Positions 8,221-17,889 of a stretch of DNA of 30,979 nt are shown here, in pieces. Position 1 is the first letter of the stretch. Each line of letters begins with the position of its first letter. The translations under genes and the position numbers were made by a program. Under the pieces are notes generated by a model. It ran no database searches, had not been told where the DNA came from, and worked only from the letters and a program-made list of their open reading frames with translations. Origin of the DNA: Candidatus Thorarchaeota archaeon (GTDB taxonomy: Archaea > Asgardarchaeota > Thorarchaeia > Thorarchaeales > Thorarchaeaceae); NCBI GenBank assembly GCA_003345595.1, contig PRDI01000115.1, positions 1 through 30,979 on the forward strand, written 5' to 3'.

Positions 8221-9321
8221 GTGGGAAATTCAACCGTGAGCGTACGGCATTCGAAACGAAGCTGTCGAGTTGCGTATCTGTGGAGTCCGGATTTTGACGG
8301 CTTTGACTATGGCGAGAGGCATCCTCTCAAGGCAGGCCGCTTCAGAATGATAGATGGCTTCCTCAGCGACGCGGGCTTCTTTTCGCTCCCCAATGTGAAA
8401 AGAGTGGATGCAGCTCCTCTGCCTGTAGGCCTTCTTGCCAGGACACACTCGGCTGGGTATCTGGAAAAGGTCCGATATATCTCAGCCACTGGGGAAGGCG
8501 AAATCGACATCGACACTCCCGGTTTCAAGGGCATATATGAAAACGCAGCGATCCTATCGGGAGCAACCGTTACAGGCGTTCGGACGGTCATGTCTGGAGA
8601 TGTGGAGCACTTCTTCTCCCCGACGGGCGGTTTCCATCACGCCAAGTACGATGCAGGTGGAGGGTTCTGTGTCTTCAATGATATTGCCGCCGCAGTCTAC
8701 GAGCTCAAGGAAGGGGGCCTGAGTCGGATACTGATTGCGGACTTCGATGTGCATCACGGAAACGGCACACAGTCCTATTTCTATGAAGATCCGGAGGTCA
8801 TGGTCATCTCCTTCCATGAGGACCCTGAATGGATGTACCCGCATGAAGGATATGTGAAGGAAACTGGCAGTGGACCGGGTCTAGGTTACAAGGTCAACAT
8901 GCCCTTCCCAATGGACTCGTGTGATGGTGTCTACAGGTATGCTTTCGATGAGCTGGTCCCACCCTTGATTGATTTCTTTCGTCCGGAGTTCATCCTCTTC
9001 CTGCCAGGGTTTGACACCCACTACATGGACCGTTTGGCCCATCTCAGGCTCACGACACATATGACCCGCTACATCGCCGAACGTATGCACACCTCTGCTC
9101 ACAAGTGGTGTGGGGGCAGAATGGGGGTCGTGACAGGAGGAGGATACCATCCTGACTCTCTGAGTTGGGGTGTCTGTACCGTGATGTCAGTGCTGTCTGG
9201 CCGTGAATACAAGCCGCCAGAGCAGAAGCCGCCCTTCATGGATGACGCGGAAACATGGGCGATTGTGCGGGAGAATGTCCGTCAGGTGAAGAGCCTCGTA
9301 TTCCCGGTTCTCGGAATGTGA
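8221..9321 (+). CDS. Zn-dependent histone deacetylase / AcuC family amidohydrolase
   Basis: HPLK, GGFHHA, GFCVFND, DFDVHHGNG, GFDTH and GGGY motifs. Confidence 0.92.
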   Translation: MGNSTVSVRHSKRSCRVAYLWSPDFDGFDYGERHPLKAGRFRMIDGFLSDAGFFSLPNVKRVDAAPLPVGLLARTHSAGYLEKVRYISATGEGEIDIDTPGFKGIYENAAILSGATVTGVRTVMSGDVEHFFSPTGGFHHAKYDAGGGFCVFNDIAAAVYELKEGGLSRILIADFDVHHGNGTQSYFYEDPEVMVISFHEDPEWMYPHEGYVKETGSGPGLGYKVNMPFPMDSCDGVYRYAFDELVPPLIDFFRPEFILFLPGFDTHYMDRLAHLRLTTHMTRYIAERMHTSAHKWCGGRMGVVTGGGYHPDSLSWGVCTVMSVLSGREYKPPEQKPPFMDDAETWAIVRENVRQVKSLVFPVLGM

Positions 9322-9408
9322 AGCGGATTCGTTAGGACCAAGCTCCAGGCTTAGAATCAGGAAATGCTGAAGGTCGTCCCTGCACGATGGCCAGGTCCTG
9401 AGTATATG

Positions 9409-10305
9409 CTACGCAGGCTTCCAGAAGTCGATAATATACTCGAAAGTCGTCGTGAGAGTGATATAGTTGTTTGGCCACCCGAAAATACCTGCCCTGTTCA
9501 CGATGTTCCTCCTGTCCCAAATGATGGTGTTCCTGAGCTCATAACCGGCATTTTGCAGCGCGTGAATCACATAGAGGTGTGCCGGTACTCTCTTATTCTT
9601 CCACCAGTAGTCAGTCATGTTCACGACGCAATGCCCGCGAGGTCGCATGAGTGGCAGGATGTTTCCGAAGATACCTCCGAGCGTCTTTGCGTAGGCCTTG
9701 ATCTCCATTGTGCCGAGGTCTCTTGAATCCTCCGAGTACTGCTGCACCTCTAGATAGTGCTCGTCCTTTCTGAGATCACCCCTCATACTCTTGTTCAGTC
9801 GACTTCGGTTGAGCAGGTTTGCATAGGGCGGAGAAGTGACGCAGAGTGTGATAGTATCCTCCTCAAGGTATTCTGGGATGTTGCGCGCATCATCACATAG
9901 GGCAATCTGATCTGTGCCACTGCCTTGTGTCTGTTCGACTCTGCGATTCGCGAGTTCGACATATTCTTTCTTCAGGTCAAACCCGACTGCGTTTCGACCA
10001 AGATCGTTTGCGGCGACCAAAGTCGTGCCGGTTCCAACAAAGGGGTCTAGAACAAGTTCTCCTCTGTGGCTGAAGAGCGAGATGCATTTCAATGGCAGTG
10101 CTATTGGAAACGCTGCAGGATGCACGCTCTTGTCCCGTATGTCACGTGCTTCGTAGTAGAACTCCCAGACCGCTATCTGGCTCTGCATCCATTCCTTTGC
10201 AGACAGGCAGTTGATGTGACTCTGAGGGCAGTCACATGTCCGCCTATGCCCGATCACGATTCGTTTGCTGGTTTCCAAGGATTCAGGCGTACGCATGTAG
10301 AACAT
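9409..10305 (-). CDS. Orphan amino (N4-C/N6-A) DNA methyltransferase
   Basis: HPAAFP, motif I DPFVGTGTT and motif IV TSPPY (SPPY suggests m4C). Confidence 0.88.
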   Translation of the reverse strand: MFYMRTPESLETSKRIVIGHRRTCDCPQSHINCLSAKEWMQSQIAVWEFYYEARDIRDKSVHPAAFPIALPLKCISLFSHRGELVLDPFVGTGTTLVAANDLGRNAVGFDLKKEYVELANRRVEQTQGSGTDQIALCDDARNIPEYLEEDTITLCVTSPPYANLLNRSRLNKSMRGDLRKDEHYLEVQQYSEDSRDLGTMEIKAYAKTLGGIFGNILPLMRPRGHCVVNMTDYWWKNKRVPAHLYVIHALQNAGYELRNTIIWDRRNIVNRAGIFGWPNNYITLTTTFEYIIDFWKPA

Positions 10306-10717
10306 CCGACCTTGAGTTTCACGGATTGCATTGAGTGTGTCAGATGGGGCCGTATGGCTTCACTGGTTTCCAATCCTGCGACACGAAGGATTGCGCATCG
10401 GCTCGATTCGCAGTCACGCAGACAGAGATAAATGCGGTGAGGAATGCCGCCAGTGCCTGGCATAAGTCCGGTCATTTGTCGAGAATAGGCATAAAGGGTA
10501 GTACAACGCCATTTAGGCCACTGTAACCATTAGAAGTGCGTTCAGGCTGGCATTTGAAGTAGGCGGAAATAAGCAGATGGGAGCCATCTGTGGCAAATGC
10601 GGGTAGGATCAAAACAAGGAGTCGACGTGAATGATGGCTGCTTCACTCAAAACTGACCACTTGAGCATTTCTCCGGGTCGGGGGGTCTTGGTGTGAGAGT
10701 GTGGAGGCGAGGGTCCG

Positions 10718-12103
10718 TTGGATGAGGCTCTCCTCAGGTCTATCGTGGACAGCTCAAGTGACGGTATAGCCATCATTGGAGACAACAACATCATTGAGTA
10801 CGTGAATGCCGAATGGTGTAGACTCACGGGGCTGCCGAGTAAGAGCATTCTGAATCACAGTTTCCGGGAAATGCACTCACGCCTTGTCAAGACCTTGGGA
10901 AGTCCCCACTTCGAAAGAGTGGACGGCGTGGAGATTTCTTCCAGGCCTGTGAGATTTGAAGTCGCCAGGGGTGACGGCACTTCAAGCACGCTAGAGGTCA
11001 CACTTCGTCACGTAGACACTGGACAAGGTAGTCCAAAGACAGTAGCCCGCATTGTCGATATCACTAGTCAGATAACGGAGCGCAAGGCTCTCGAAGAGAG
11101 TCAGCTGAGATATGCGTTGCTTGTTGAGACGATGAACGATGGGCTCGCAATCGATGAACCCGACGGTAAACTAGTGTACTGCAACAAGGCTTTCTCTGAA
11201 ATGATTGGATATCCACCCTCAGAACTTGTAGGGAAGAACTGGGTGGACTTCACCTACAGAAAAGATCGAAAGATGGTCGATCAGAAAGTCCGTGATCGAA
11301 GGAGAGGGAAGTCCGAGAGATACGAGCTCGAGTGGGTTCGAAGCACTGGCGAAGTGGTTCCCACCATAGTTTCAGCCATGCCCATCTTCGATTCATCTGG
11401 TGAATACGTCGGCTCATTCGCGGTAGTGACAGAGATAACGGACCAGAAGGAGGCCGAAGAGTCAATCCAGTTCTATCTGGATCTTCTCACACATGACATC
11501 GCGAACCAGCTTCAGGTCATTATTACGTCCGCAGGGCTCATGGAGCGCGACCTGCCGCAGTCCTATCTTGACGATGCGCGTCGGGATATCCTCGACGCTG
11601 TCGAACGCTGCAACAGACTCATCACGAAAGTCAAACGGGCAGGCCAGCTCAGGCAGATACCAAGTTCGAGTGTGGACGTTAGCGGTGTGGTTTCCGAGAA
11701 AGCCAGAGTCCTCGAGCGTGTCTACGGAGCTACTGTTCACATTGAGGGCTTCGACACCCCTGCCTGGGTTAGAGCTGATTCTCTTCTAGGAGAGCTCCTC
11801 TGGAATCTCCTCGAGAACGCTGCGCGACATAATCCAAAGGCGGAGAAGCACGTATGGATTTCCTGTGTCAGGGGTGAGCGCACGCTGGATGTGTCAATCG
11901 CTGACAATGGTCCGGGCATGAGCTCCGCAAGGAAGAAAGCCCTCTTCGACAAAAGCAGAAGATCTGGTGGAGTGGGGCTCACCTTGGTTGCTCAGATGGC
12001 ACGCAAGTATGGGGGGAGGGTAGAAGTAGAGGACCGCGTGCATGGCCGCCCGTCTCAGGGAGCGAAGTTCGTGCTTCATCTACAGTATTCGGAGCAGGCG
12101 TGA
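10718..12103 (+). CDS. Cytoplasmic PAS-PAS sensor histidine kinase
   Basis: Two PAS/PAC domains (…DIT, …EIT), H-box HDIANQL, N-box NLLENAARH, DNGPG and GVGL; no TM segments. Confidence 0.92.
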   Translation: MDEALLRSIVDSSSDGIAIIGDNNIIEYVNAEWCRLTGLPSKSILNHSFREMHSRLVKTLGSPHFERVDGVEISSRPVRFEVARGDGTSSTLEVTLRHVDTGQGSPKTVARIVDITSQITERKALEESQLRYALLVETMNDGLAIDEPDGKLVYCNKAFSEMIGYPPSELVGKNWVDFTYRKDRKMVDQKVRDRRRGKSERYELEWVRSTGEVVPTIVSAMPIFDSSGEYVGSFAVVTEITDQKEAEESIQFYLDLLTHDIANQLQVIITSAGLMERDLPQSYLDDARRDILDAVERCNRLITKVKRAGQLRQIPSSSVDVSGVVSEKARVLERVYGATVHIEGFDTPAWVRADSLLGELLWNLLENAARHNPKAEKHVWISCVRGERTLDVSIADNGPGMSSARKKALFDKSRRSGGVGLTLVAQMARKYGGRVEVEDRVHGRPSQGAKFVLHLQYSEQA

Positions 12104-12133
12104 AGGAGATTGGTCTGACACCATTCCTGAAAC

Positions 12134-12520
12134 CTATCGCTTAATTGTCGACACTCGCTTGTAGAGGCCTTCGTAGAATTCCTTCTTGCAGACGCGTTCC
12201 TTGTTGATGGCAAAGAAGCTGGTGCTGATTCTATACAGTCGCTTCTTGACTTGTTCGAAGTCATGCATCTGCTTGCTCTTGATCATCTCGTGAAAGACAG
12301 AGGCGACATTATCGGGGAAGTCGTCAATGTATTGACACTGCTTAATCTGAATGTGGAAGAGCGTGCTACGCAAGATGGCTTCACGACTGATACTGGCGCT
12401 TCGCATTGCAGTGGTCCCAACGTTTTGAAGGCGTGGAGCATTAGTTAAGGGTTCTGGGAAAACTGTCCACAACGGTCTCTGAGCGTGTTCTCCGGATACG
12501 TACGGACGTGTTCTCAGCAT
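12134..12520 (-). CDS. Hypothetical protein (start uncertain)
   Basis: 128-aa ORF filling the gap; the C-terminal half looks protein-like and helical, but I recognise no motif. Confidence 0.45.
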   Translation of the reverse strand: MLRTRPYVSGEHAQRPLWTVFPEPLTNAPRLQNVGTTAMRSASISREAILRSTLFHIQIKQCQYIDDFPDNVASVFHEMIKSKQMHDFEQVKKRLYRISTSFFAINKERVCKKEFYEGLYKRVSTIKR

Positions 12521-12700
12521 ACATGGGTGATCAAGAGATCATAGGGCACGGTCAAGACGGCATTGCACCGAAAGGACTATCGTGGACTCGACTGGACATC
12601 CGGATGTGAGGACTCGATAGAAAGACAGATGCGTGTTGACTATTCCTCTTCCACAGTTCACTTATGTGTCCGACAGAAGAATCTGGCAAAGGTGCAAACC

Positions 12701-13396
12701 ATGAGGATTGCCTCAATAATCGACGTGAGCACAGTTGATGTGCCCGGTATTCCAGTTACCGTGCTCTTCACTGCTGGCTGCAACTTCGATTGTCCCTACT
12801 GCCAGAATGCTCAGATTATCCCACTTTCTTCCGGATCTGAGATGCCCATCGAGGTTATCGTCGGAAAGACCTGCGGGAGCCTCTCGAGCGGCCTTTGTGT
12901 TTCAGGAGGCGAACCGACAATTCACCGGGATCTTCCCGAACTGCTTGGCGAACTGAAGCGAGTGAGAGGAGGACACATCAACTTGAACACACAGGGATCA
13001 GTGCCCGAAGTCCTTGAGGAGAGCCTCCCCTACATCGACTCCGTGTGGTTTGACATCAAAGCGGCCCCAGATCGATATTCCCAAGTGGCTCGAGTTCGCG
13101 AAAACCCATGGAACGCGGTTCACAAGAGCATAGAGATGGTCATGAGTTCCAATGTGGCCTTCTGGCCTCGGACTACATATGCCGCTGACCTCATGTCGCC
13201 ACACGACATTGAAGGGGTTCTCCACATCTTGGAGGAAGAGGATTTCCAGGGTGAGTATGTCTTACGGAACTTTGTCCGATCGTTGGGGACAAGGAGGTCA
13301 GAGGACTCGAACCTGAGGGCTGCAAAGAGGGAGGAGGTTGAGCCGCTCTTCGAACGTCTGCCCTCAGGTATCACTCTAAAACTCGAAGGATTCTGA
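12701..13396 (+). CDS. Radical SAM protein, glycyl-radical (anaerobic RNR) activase-like
   Basis: STVDVPG...LFTAGCNFDCPYCQN (CxxxCxxC), SGGEPT and DIKA. ATG at 12701 matches the family N-terminus better than 12563. Confidence 0.85.
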   Translation: MRIASIIDVSTVDVPGIPVTVLFTAGCNFDCPYCQNAQIIPLSSGSEMPIEVIVGKTCGSLSSGLCVSGGEPTIHRDLPELLGELKRVRGGHINLNTQGSVPEVLEESLPYIDSVWFDIKAAPDRYSQVARVRENPWNAVHKSIEMVMSSNVAFWPRTTYAADLMSPHDIEGVLHILEEEDFQGEYVLRNFVRSLGTRRSEDSNLRAAKREEVEPLFERLPSGITLKLEGF

Positions 13397-13469
13397 TGCT
13401 GGGCTGAGGCTGAGGACACGCGTCGCCGGTACAAGAAAGAGTGATGAGGCCGCAAACACACAGACAAGC

Positions 13470-13476
13470 TTTTAAA
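13470..13476 (+). promoter_or_regulatory. Probable TATA box for psmA
   Basis: TTTTAAA in intergenic DNA, about 70 nt before ATG 13545. Confidence 0.5.
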
Positions 13477-13544
13477 CGCCGTCTGGTTGACCATCCTTGC
13501 CAAGTTGGCAGATACGCCTTATTGGGCTGGAGAGTCAGCGTACT

Positions 13545-14279
13545 ATGTTTCCTACACAGAGTCTCGGATATGACAGGAACATCACGATGTTTAGTCCCGA
13601 GGGCAGACTGTATCAAGTGGAGTACGCCACGGAGGCCGTGCGCCATGGTCCTCTTGCAGTTGGTGTCAAGGCCACAGATGGAGTCGTCATCGCGGGTGAA
13701 AAGCGCTCTCCTCATGCTCTCGTTGATCTCGACACACTGAAGAAGATCCTTCTGATTGACGATCACGTGGGCACCGCTATCGCGGGTCTGCATGCAGATG
13801 CCCGCAGGCTGATTGACTATGCTCGAGTCAGAGCTCAGGTGAATCGGTTGAGCTATGACGAACCTGTTTCGATTCAGTCTCTGGTTGTGGAGATATGCGA
13901 CATTAAGCAGTCCTACACGCAGGGAGCTGGAGCCCGACCCTTCGGTGTATCTCTGCTGGTCGGTGGCGTTGATGATGGTGGTCCACAGTTGTACACGACG
14001 GACCCGTCAGGTTCATTCTGGGGCTGGAAAGCCGCAGCCATCGGAAAGGAGTCCGACCTCGTACGTGACTTCTTCAAGGACCAGTATCGACCAGACATAG
14101 ACCTCGCCGGAGCCCTCAAGCTCGCTGTCCAAGGTCTCATGAAGGCAGGCGGTGAGAAGGCCGCAACTGATATGACTGAGAAGGCCAAGACGGTGGAGAT
14201 AGCTCGGATTGACACCACTACTAAGGTCTTCAAGATTCTCGGTGCGGACGAGGTCGACGCGATTCTGAAGGCAATGTGA
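13545..14279 (+). CDS. psmA: Proteasome subunit alpha
   Basis: GYDRNITMFSPEGRLYQVEYA alpha signature, RPFGVSLL and TDPSG. Confidence 0.97.
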   Translation: MFPTQSLGYDRNITMFSPEGRLYQVEYATEAVRHGPLAVGVKATDGVVIAGEKRSPHALVDLDTLKKILLIDDHVGTAIAGLHADARRLIDYARVRAQVNRLSYDEPVSIQSLVVEICDIKQSYTQGAGARPFGVSLLVGGVDDGGPQLYTTDPSGSFWGWKAAAIGKESDLVRDFFKDQYRPDIDLAGALKLAVQGLMKAGGEKAATDMTEKAKTVEIARIDTTTKVFKILGADEVDAILKAM

Positions 14280-14366
14280 TCTCAGAGTACTGGGAGCACC
14301 TGGTTCACACAAGACCCATTGTATGAGTTTCTTCCGTCAGTCGCCAGCGCGGCACAGTCGTGGTGC

Positions 14367-15272
14367 TCATTTCTTTGCCAGTTCGACAAGCCTGTCGACA
14401 ATCATGCCCGCAATGTCAAGCCCGGTGACCTGCGACAGGCCGCTCCATGAAGGTGCTGCATTCGCTTCGATGACACACGGACCGGCCTTTGATTCGAGTA
14501 TGTCAACACCAGTGTAGTCGAGACGCAGTACCTCTGCGGTTTTGATGGCACACTCCTCATACTCCTCGCTGAGTTGAGCGGGTTCTGCCCGTCCTCCTTC
14601 GTGGATATTGGTGCGCCACTCACCCCTTCGTTCTGGAACATAACGATACATGGCACCAACAAGCTTGCCGCCTATGACAAACGCCCTGATGTCGCGCTCT
14701 GGCTTTTGGATCGTTTCCTGAACGTAAAGCACTTGACCTAGTTGGTGAATGAACTTCATTGCTCTGTAAGTCAGCTCGGGGTGCTCAGCATGGATTGAGC
14801 CCAGTCCTCGTGAGCCAATCATGGGCTTGATTACTACGTCTCCTACTTCGTCCACGAACTTGACGGCAGCGTCGATGTTCTCGCCGACAAATGTGCGCGG
14901 AACGTAGATTCCGGCCCTGTGTAGAGTCGTGAGTGTGGCATACTTGTCCTTAGCTCTTCGGAATGAATATGCAGGATTCATGACGTAGATTCCCGCATCC
15001 TCGAAGTGCTCCAGCAGGCTGATCCGGAAAGTGACCTGGTCTCCTGTGCCGAATCCAATGGTCCTCACAACAACCCCGGCCATACCAGATATGTCTTCAT
15101 CCTCGAGGTGTGTGAACCTGTAGGGAATCTGCGCTGACACATCCGATAAGCGAAAGGCCTTCACTTCGTGGCCTGCTCCCTTCATGGCCTCGATCAAGCT
15201 GGCTGTGGCCCAGTTATTGATGTTCTCGTCGTATGAGATACCGAGAAGCATGGCGCCCATCTCCATCTTCAT
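14367..15272 (-). CDS. RimK/LysX/MptN family ATP-grasp ligase
   Basis: AKDKY, VVIKPMIGSRGLG, YVQE, DIRAFVIG, WRTNIHEGG, GVDIL and IEANAAP. Confidence 0.9.
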   Translation of the reverse strand: MKMEMGAMLLGISYDENINNWATASLIEAMKGAGHEVKAFRLSDVSAQIPYRFTHLEDEDISGMAGVVVRTIGFGTGDQVTFRISLLEHFEDAGIYVMNPAYSFRRAKDKYATLTTLHRAGIYVPRTFVGENIDAAVKFVDEVGDVVIKPMIGSRGLGSIHAEHPELTYRAMKFIHQLGQVLYVQETIQKPERDIRAFVIGGKLVGAMYRYVPERRGEWRTNIHEGGRAEPAQLSEEYEECAIKTAEVLRLDYTGVDILESKAGPCVIEANAAPSWSGLSQVTGLDIAGMIVDRLVELAKK

Positions 15273-15453
15273 GTAGGAGTCTGATTGAGTGCCTTCGCAT
15301 AGCCAGGTCCTTTTTTGAAGGTGTTGATAGTCTGTGGATCAGGTCAGCGTGATGAGAAGCGTTATGAGTGGATGCGTGGCACTTTCTCGTGAGCGTTCGC
15401 GGCAGAGGTTGGGTCGCCGGAACTGCATCTGGCAATAGGGAGAAAGGAAGCAG

Positions 15454-16464
15454 ATGCTTGATGCGTTGATCGAGAAGTCGAAAGAGTCGGCGGAGACCAG
15501 ACTGGGCAACTCCCAGCTGTTGGCCAAGATGGAAACAGCCTCGAAGGGTCAATCGCCGGCATTTCTCATAGTATCAAGCATCCAGAGATGTGTTCAGGAC
15601 GCTCAGCTCTTGAGCATTCAGCAAGGCGATGCCTTCTGGGCAACACGATTTCCCGGGCTTCCATTGATGCGTCAGGACCTCTCACCTTTTCTCTTCGGAG
15701 GGCCAGCTGCCTACAGCTCTAGATTCCACCAGCGCACTGGGGTCGTGGCGACCTTCGAGTCTGCCGAGAGGGACGATGTCGTGTTGGACACCCTGTCAGC
15801 AATCCGTCAGAATGAGAGTCTGAAAGGGCTTCCCATTGTAGGCCTCAGGGTGGATTACGAACTGGGTCGTGTTCGTCTAGTCGTTCACAGTATGGTACGC
15901 AACTACGTTCTCGAAAACTCGCTGCTCCGGCGCATCGTCAGGCCCAGTACGTTGGATGAAAGAATGCTTGTCTTGATGTGCTCAGATTCGCGGCTCACTC
16001 CTCCTACGACTCGCACCGCCGCGCCCATGGCCATAAGAACTCTCGGTGCCTTTCTTCCCTCGTTCAGCGGAGTCCCAGATGAAACATCCCAGCTGAACAC
16101 ATTCCTGTCTCAGTGGCTTGAGAAGGACGCCATCGAGAAGAAGATCATCATCGTGGCTCATGGGAGCGCCACTGAGGAGCATGCATCCTGTGGAGCTGCG
16201 AGAGCTTCTCTCGAGCCTTCTGAGGTTTCCGACAAGTTACTTAGGTCAGTCGTGGAACGAATCGGGATTGACGCTACACGACAAAGCAAGTCCCGTCTCC
16301 AGAATCCTGAAGCCCAAGCGATGGCTATCATCAGAGCCACAAAGGAGAATCTCCTAGAATATCCTGTGTTCGTCGACCTAGCTAAGAAGAAGGTCCCAGT
16401 CGTGGACCTGATTCTGTTGGCTCGCATGGATACAGTGACGAACGTCTTGACAAAGGTTCAGTGA
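15454..16464 (+). CDS. Beta-carbonic-anhydrase-like protein, tandem domains (N-terminal copy degenerate)
   Basis: C-terminal half has LMCSDSR and VAHG-x7-CGAA. N-terminal half retains KGQSPAFLIV but lacks the Zn ligands. Confidence 0.65.
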   Translation: MLDALIEKSKESAETRLGNSQLLAKMETASKGQSPAFLIVSSIQRCVQDAQLLSIQQGDAFWATRFPGLPLMRQDLSPFLFGGPAAYSSRFHQRTGVVATFESAERDDVVLDTLSAIRQNESLKGLPIVGLRVDYELGRVRLVVHSMVRNYVLENSLLRRIVRPSTLDERMLVLMCSDSRLTPPTTRTAAPMAIRTLGAFLPSFSGVPDETSQLNTFLSQWLEKDAIEKKIIIVAHGSATEEHASCGAARASLEPSEVSDKLLRSVVERIGIDATRQSKSRLQNPEAQAMAIIRATKENLLEYPVFVDLAKKKVPVVDLILLARMDTVTNVLTKVQ

Positions 16465-16522
16465 TGTCCATCCTCGTGGTATTCTAGCTTTATGGCGAAT
16501 AATGGGGTTTGTCAATGGGCGT

Positions 16523-17185
16523 CTAGACGCATGCGTCGAAAGAAACCAACAGGTCCTCATACATTGAAAGGTCGAACAGAAAGGAGTTCAGTTCGAAGAT
16601 GGGTACTATTGGCACTCCCTCATGAAACGCCACTTCCTCGACAAGCCAAGTCACGAGGATTGGTATCAACCGGTATGTGCCCTCTCTCAATCCGCCTATC
16701 TTTTCGGAGAGTTTCCGCATCTGGCCTGGCAGTCTGGCTGTCCTCTCTTTCTGTTTCTCTGCTGCGGTCATCAGCGCCGATGACTTTCCCGGCCTAACAC
16801 CCCACATTTTCGCATCAATGACCACAACTGTGCTGCCCTTGACCCCGATGACATCAATCTCCATGCCGCGGAGCAATTCGCTTCCTCTTCTACGAAAGCT
16901 CTCGACACAGATGTAGTCATTCTCGCTGAGAACCCTCGCCACAAGCCCCTCGAAGTCCTTCCATGTCGTCTGTTCCACGACGGATTCGATATCGACGCCC
17001 AGTGAAACCGCCTCCGTAACGAGAGAGATCCTGTTCTCTCTCGAAACGACAATGCTACCGTCAGTGTCCTCCTGTGCCCCAAGTCTGGTCAGCAGACTCC
17101 TCGCAGCATCGCTCACTTCTGTGAGTGTTTCAGAGTCCTTTGTTTCCTCAAGGAGCCGCAGTATCATCTGGGACCTATCGTTCAT
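16523..17185 (-). CDS. PD-(D/E)XK restriction-endonuclease-like protein (Mrr-cat/NERD-like)
   Basis: WKDFEGLVARVL...EIDVIG...VIDAKMW motif. Confidence 0.8.
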   Translation of the reverse strand: MNDRSQMILRLLEETKDSETLTEVSDAARSLLTRLGAQEDTDGSIVVSRENRISLVTEAVSLGVDIESVVEQTTWKDFEGLVARVLSENDYICVESFRRRGSELLRGMEIDVIGVKGSTVVVIDAKMWGVRPGKSSALMTAAEKQKERTARLPGQMRKLSEKIGGLREGTYRLIPILVTWLVEEVAFHEGVPIVPIFELNSFLFDLSMYEDLLVSFDACV

Positions 17186-17210
17186 CTCATATCCGCTTCT
17201 GTCGCTCTAC

Positions 17211-17217
17211 TTTATAA
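17211..17217. promoter_or_regulatory. TATA box in a 64-bp divergent intergenic region
   Basis: TTTATAA (+) / TTATAAA (-), about 26 nt from ATG 17185(-) and about 33 nt from ATG 17250(+). Confidence 0.55.
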
Positions 17218-17249
17218 CATAGATTGCCTCCGGATAGTGGTGATGGCCT

Positions 17250-17744
17250 ATGTCCGAAACCAGCGAGATGTGGCATCATGTGCTCTCAGCGTTCGAGGAC
17301 TGGATTGACTACGAGGCGACCGGCTTCGGTCCTTGGACGGGATATTTCTCCATTGACAACCTGAGGGACCTGACCGATGATGAGCGGCTGGCGTGGATGC
17401 GTTCGATGTGTGATGAGATAATCCCTGGCCGCGTGGAGAAGTGCAGGGCTGCCAGCGTGGCGCTTGAGGACTTCCTCCCATACATGCCCGACCCTGAAAC
17501 AATTGAAACGGTCCGGTCGATGATCGAGCTGAGCAATGTCATCGAACATGCCATGCTCCGTCAGAGTGACATGATCTTTGACATGATGGAGGAGTATAGC
17601 CCTAGTGGATTGGATGACATTGTGCAGTATCTGAGTTCATTGTCGGAGGCCGAAGAGGACGTCAGACACCACATGAGCCTGTACAGCCAAGGCTTTGGCA
17701 GATTGAAGTCACTCGGTCTCGAGGTTTCCGATGATATTGCGTGA
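17250..17744 (+). CDS. Hypothetical acidic helical protein
   Basis: 164-aa ORF with ATG start and upstream TATA; no recognised family. Confidence 0.7.
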   Translation: MSETSEMWHHVLSAFEDWIDYEATGFGPWTGYFSIDNLRDLTDDERLAWMRSMCDEIIPGRVEKCRAASVALEDFLPYMPDPETIETVRSMIELSNVIEHAMLRQSDMIFDMMEEYSPSGLDDIVQYLSSLSEAEEDVRHHMSLYSQGFGRLKSLGLEVSDDIA

Positions 17745-17889
17745 TTGCGTGAGCACATCGGGCACCGCTGGCAAAGCTTAAGTACAGAGTCAGGATGAGG
17801 TTCTTCCACCCGAACATGTGAGGTGAAAAGCAAAATGGGTAGTGAAACCGTAACTTCTGCCCATCGAAGTCGGGTCGCTCGAGCAAAAG

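Noticed and set aside
12478-12520. Short direct repeat CGTGTTCTC x2 and weak inverted repeats
   Set aside because: Too short and too few to distinguish from chance; not CRISPR-like.
9409-17185. MTase plus PD-(D/E)XK nuclease as a restriction-modification or defence island
   Set aside because: They are over 6 kb apart and separated by housekeeping genes, with no mobility or other defence genes.
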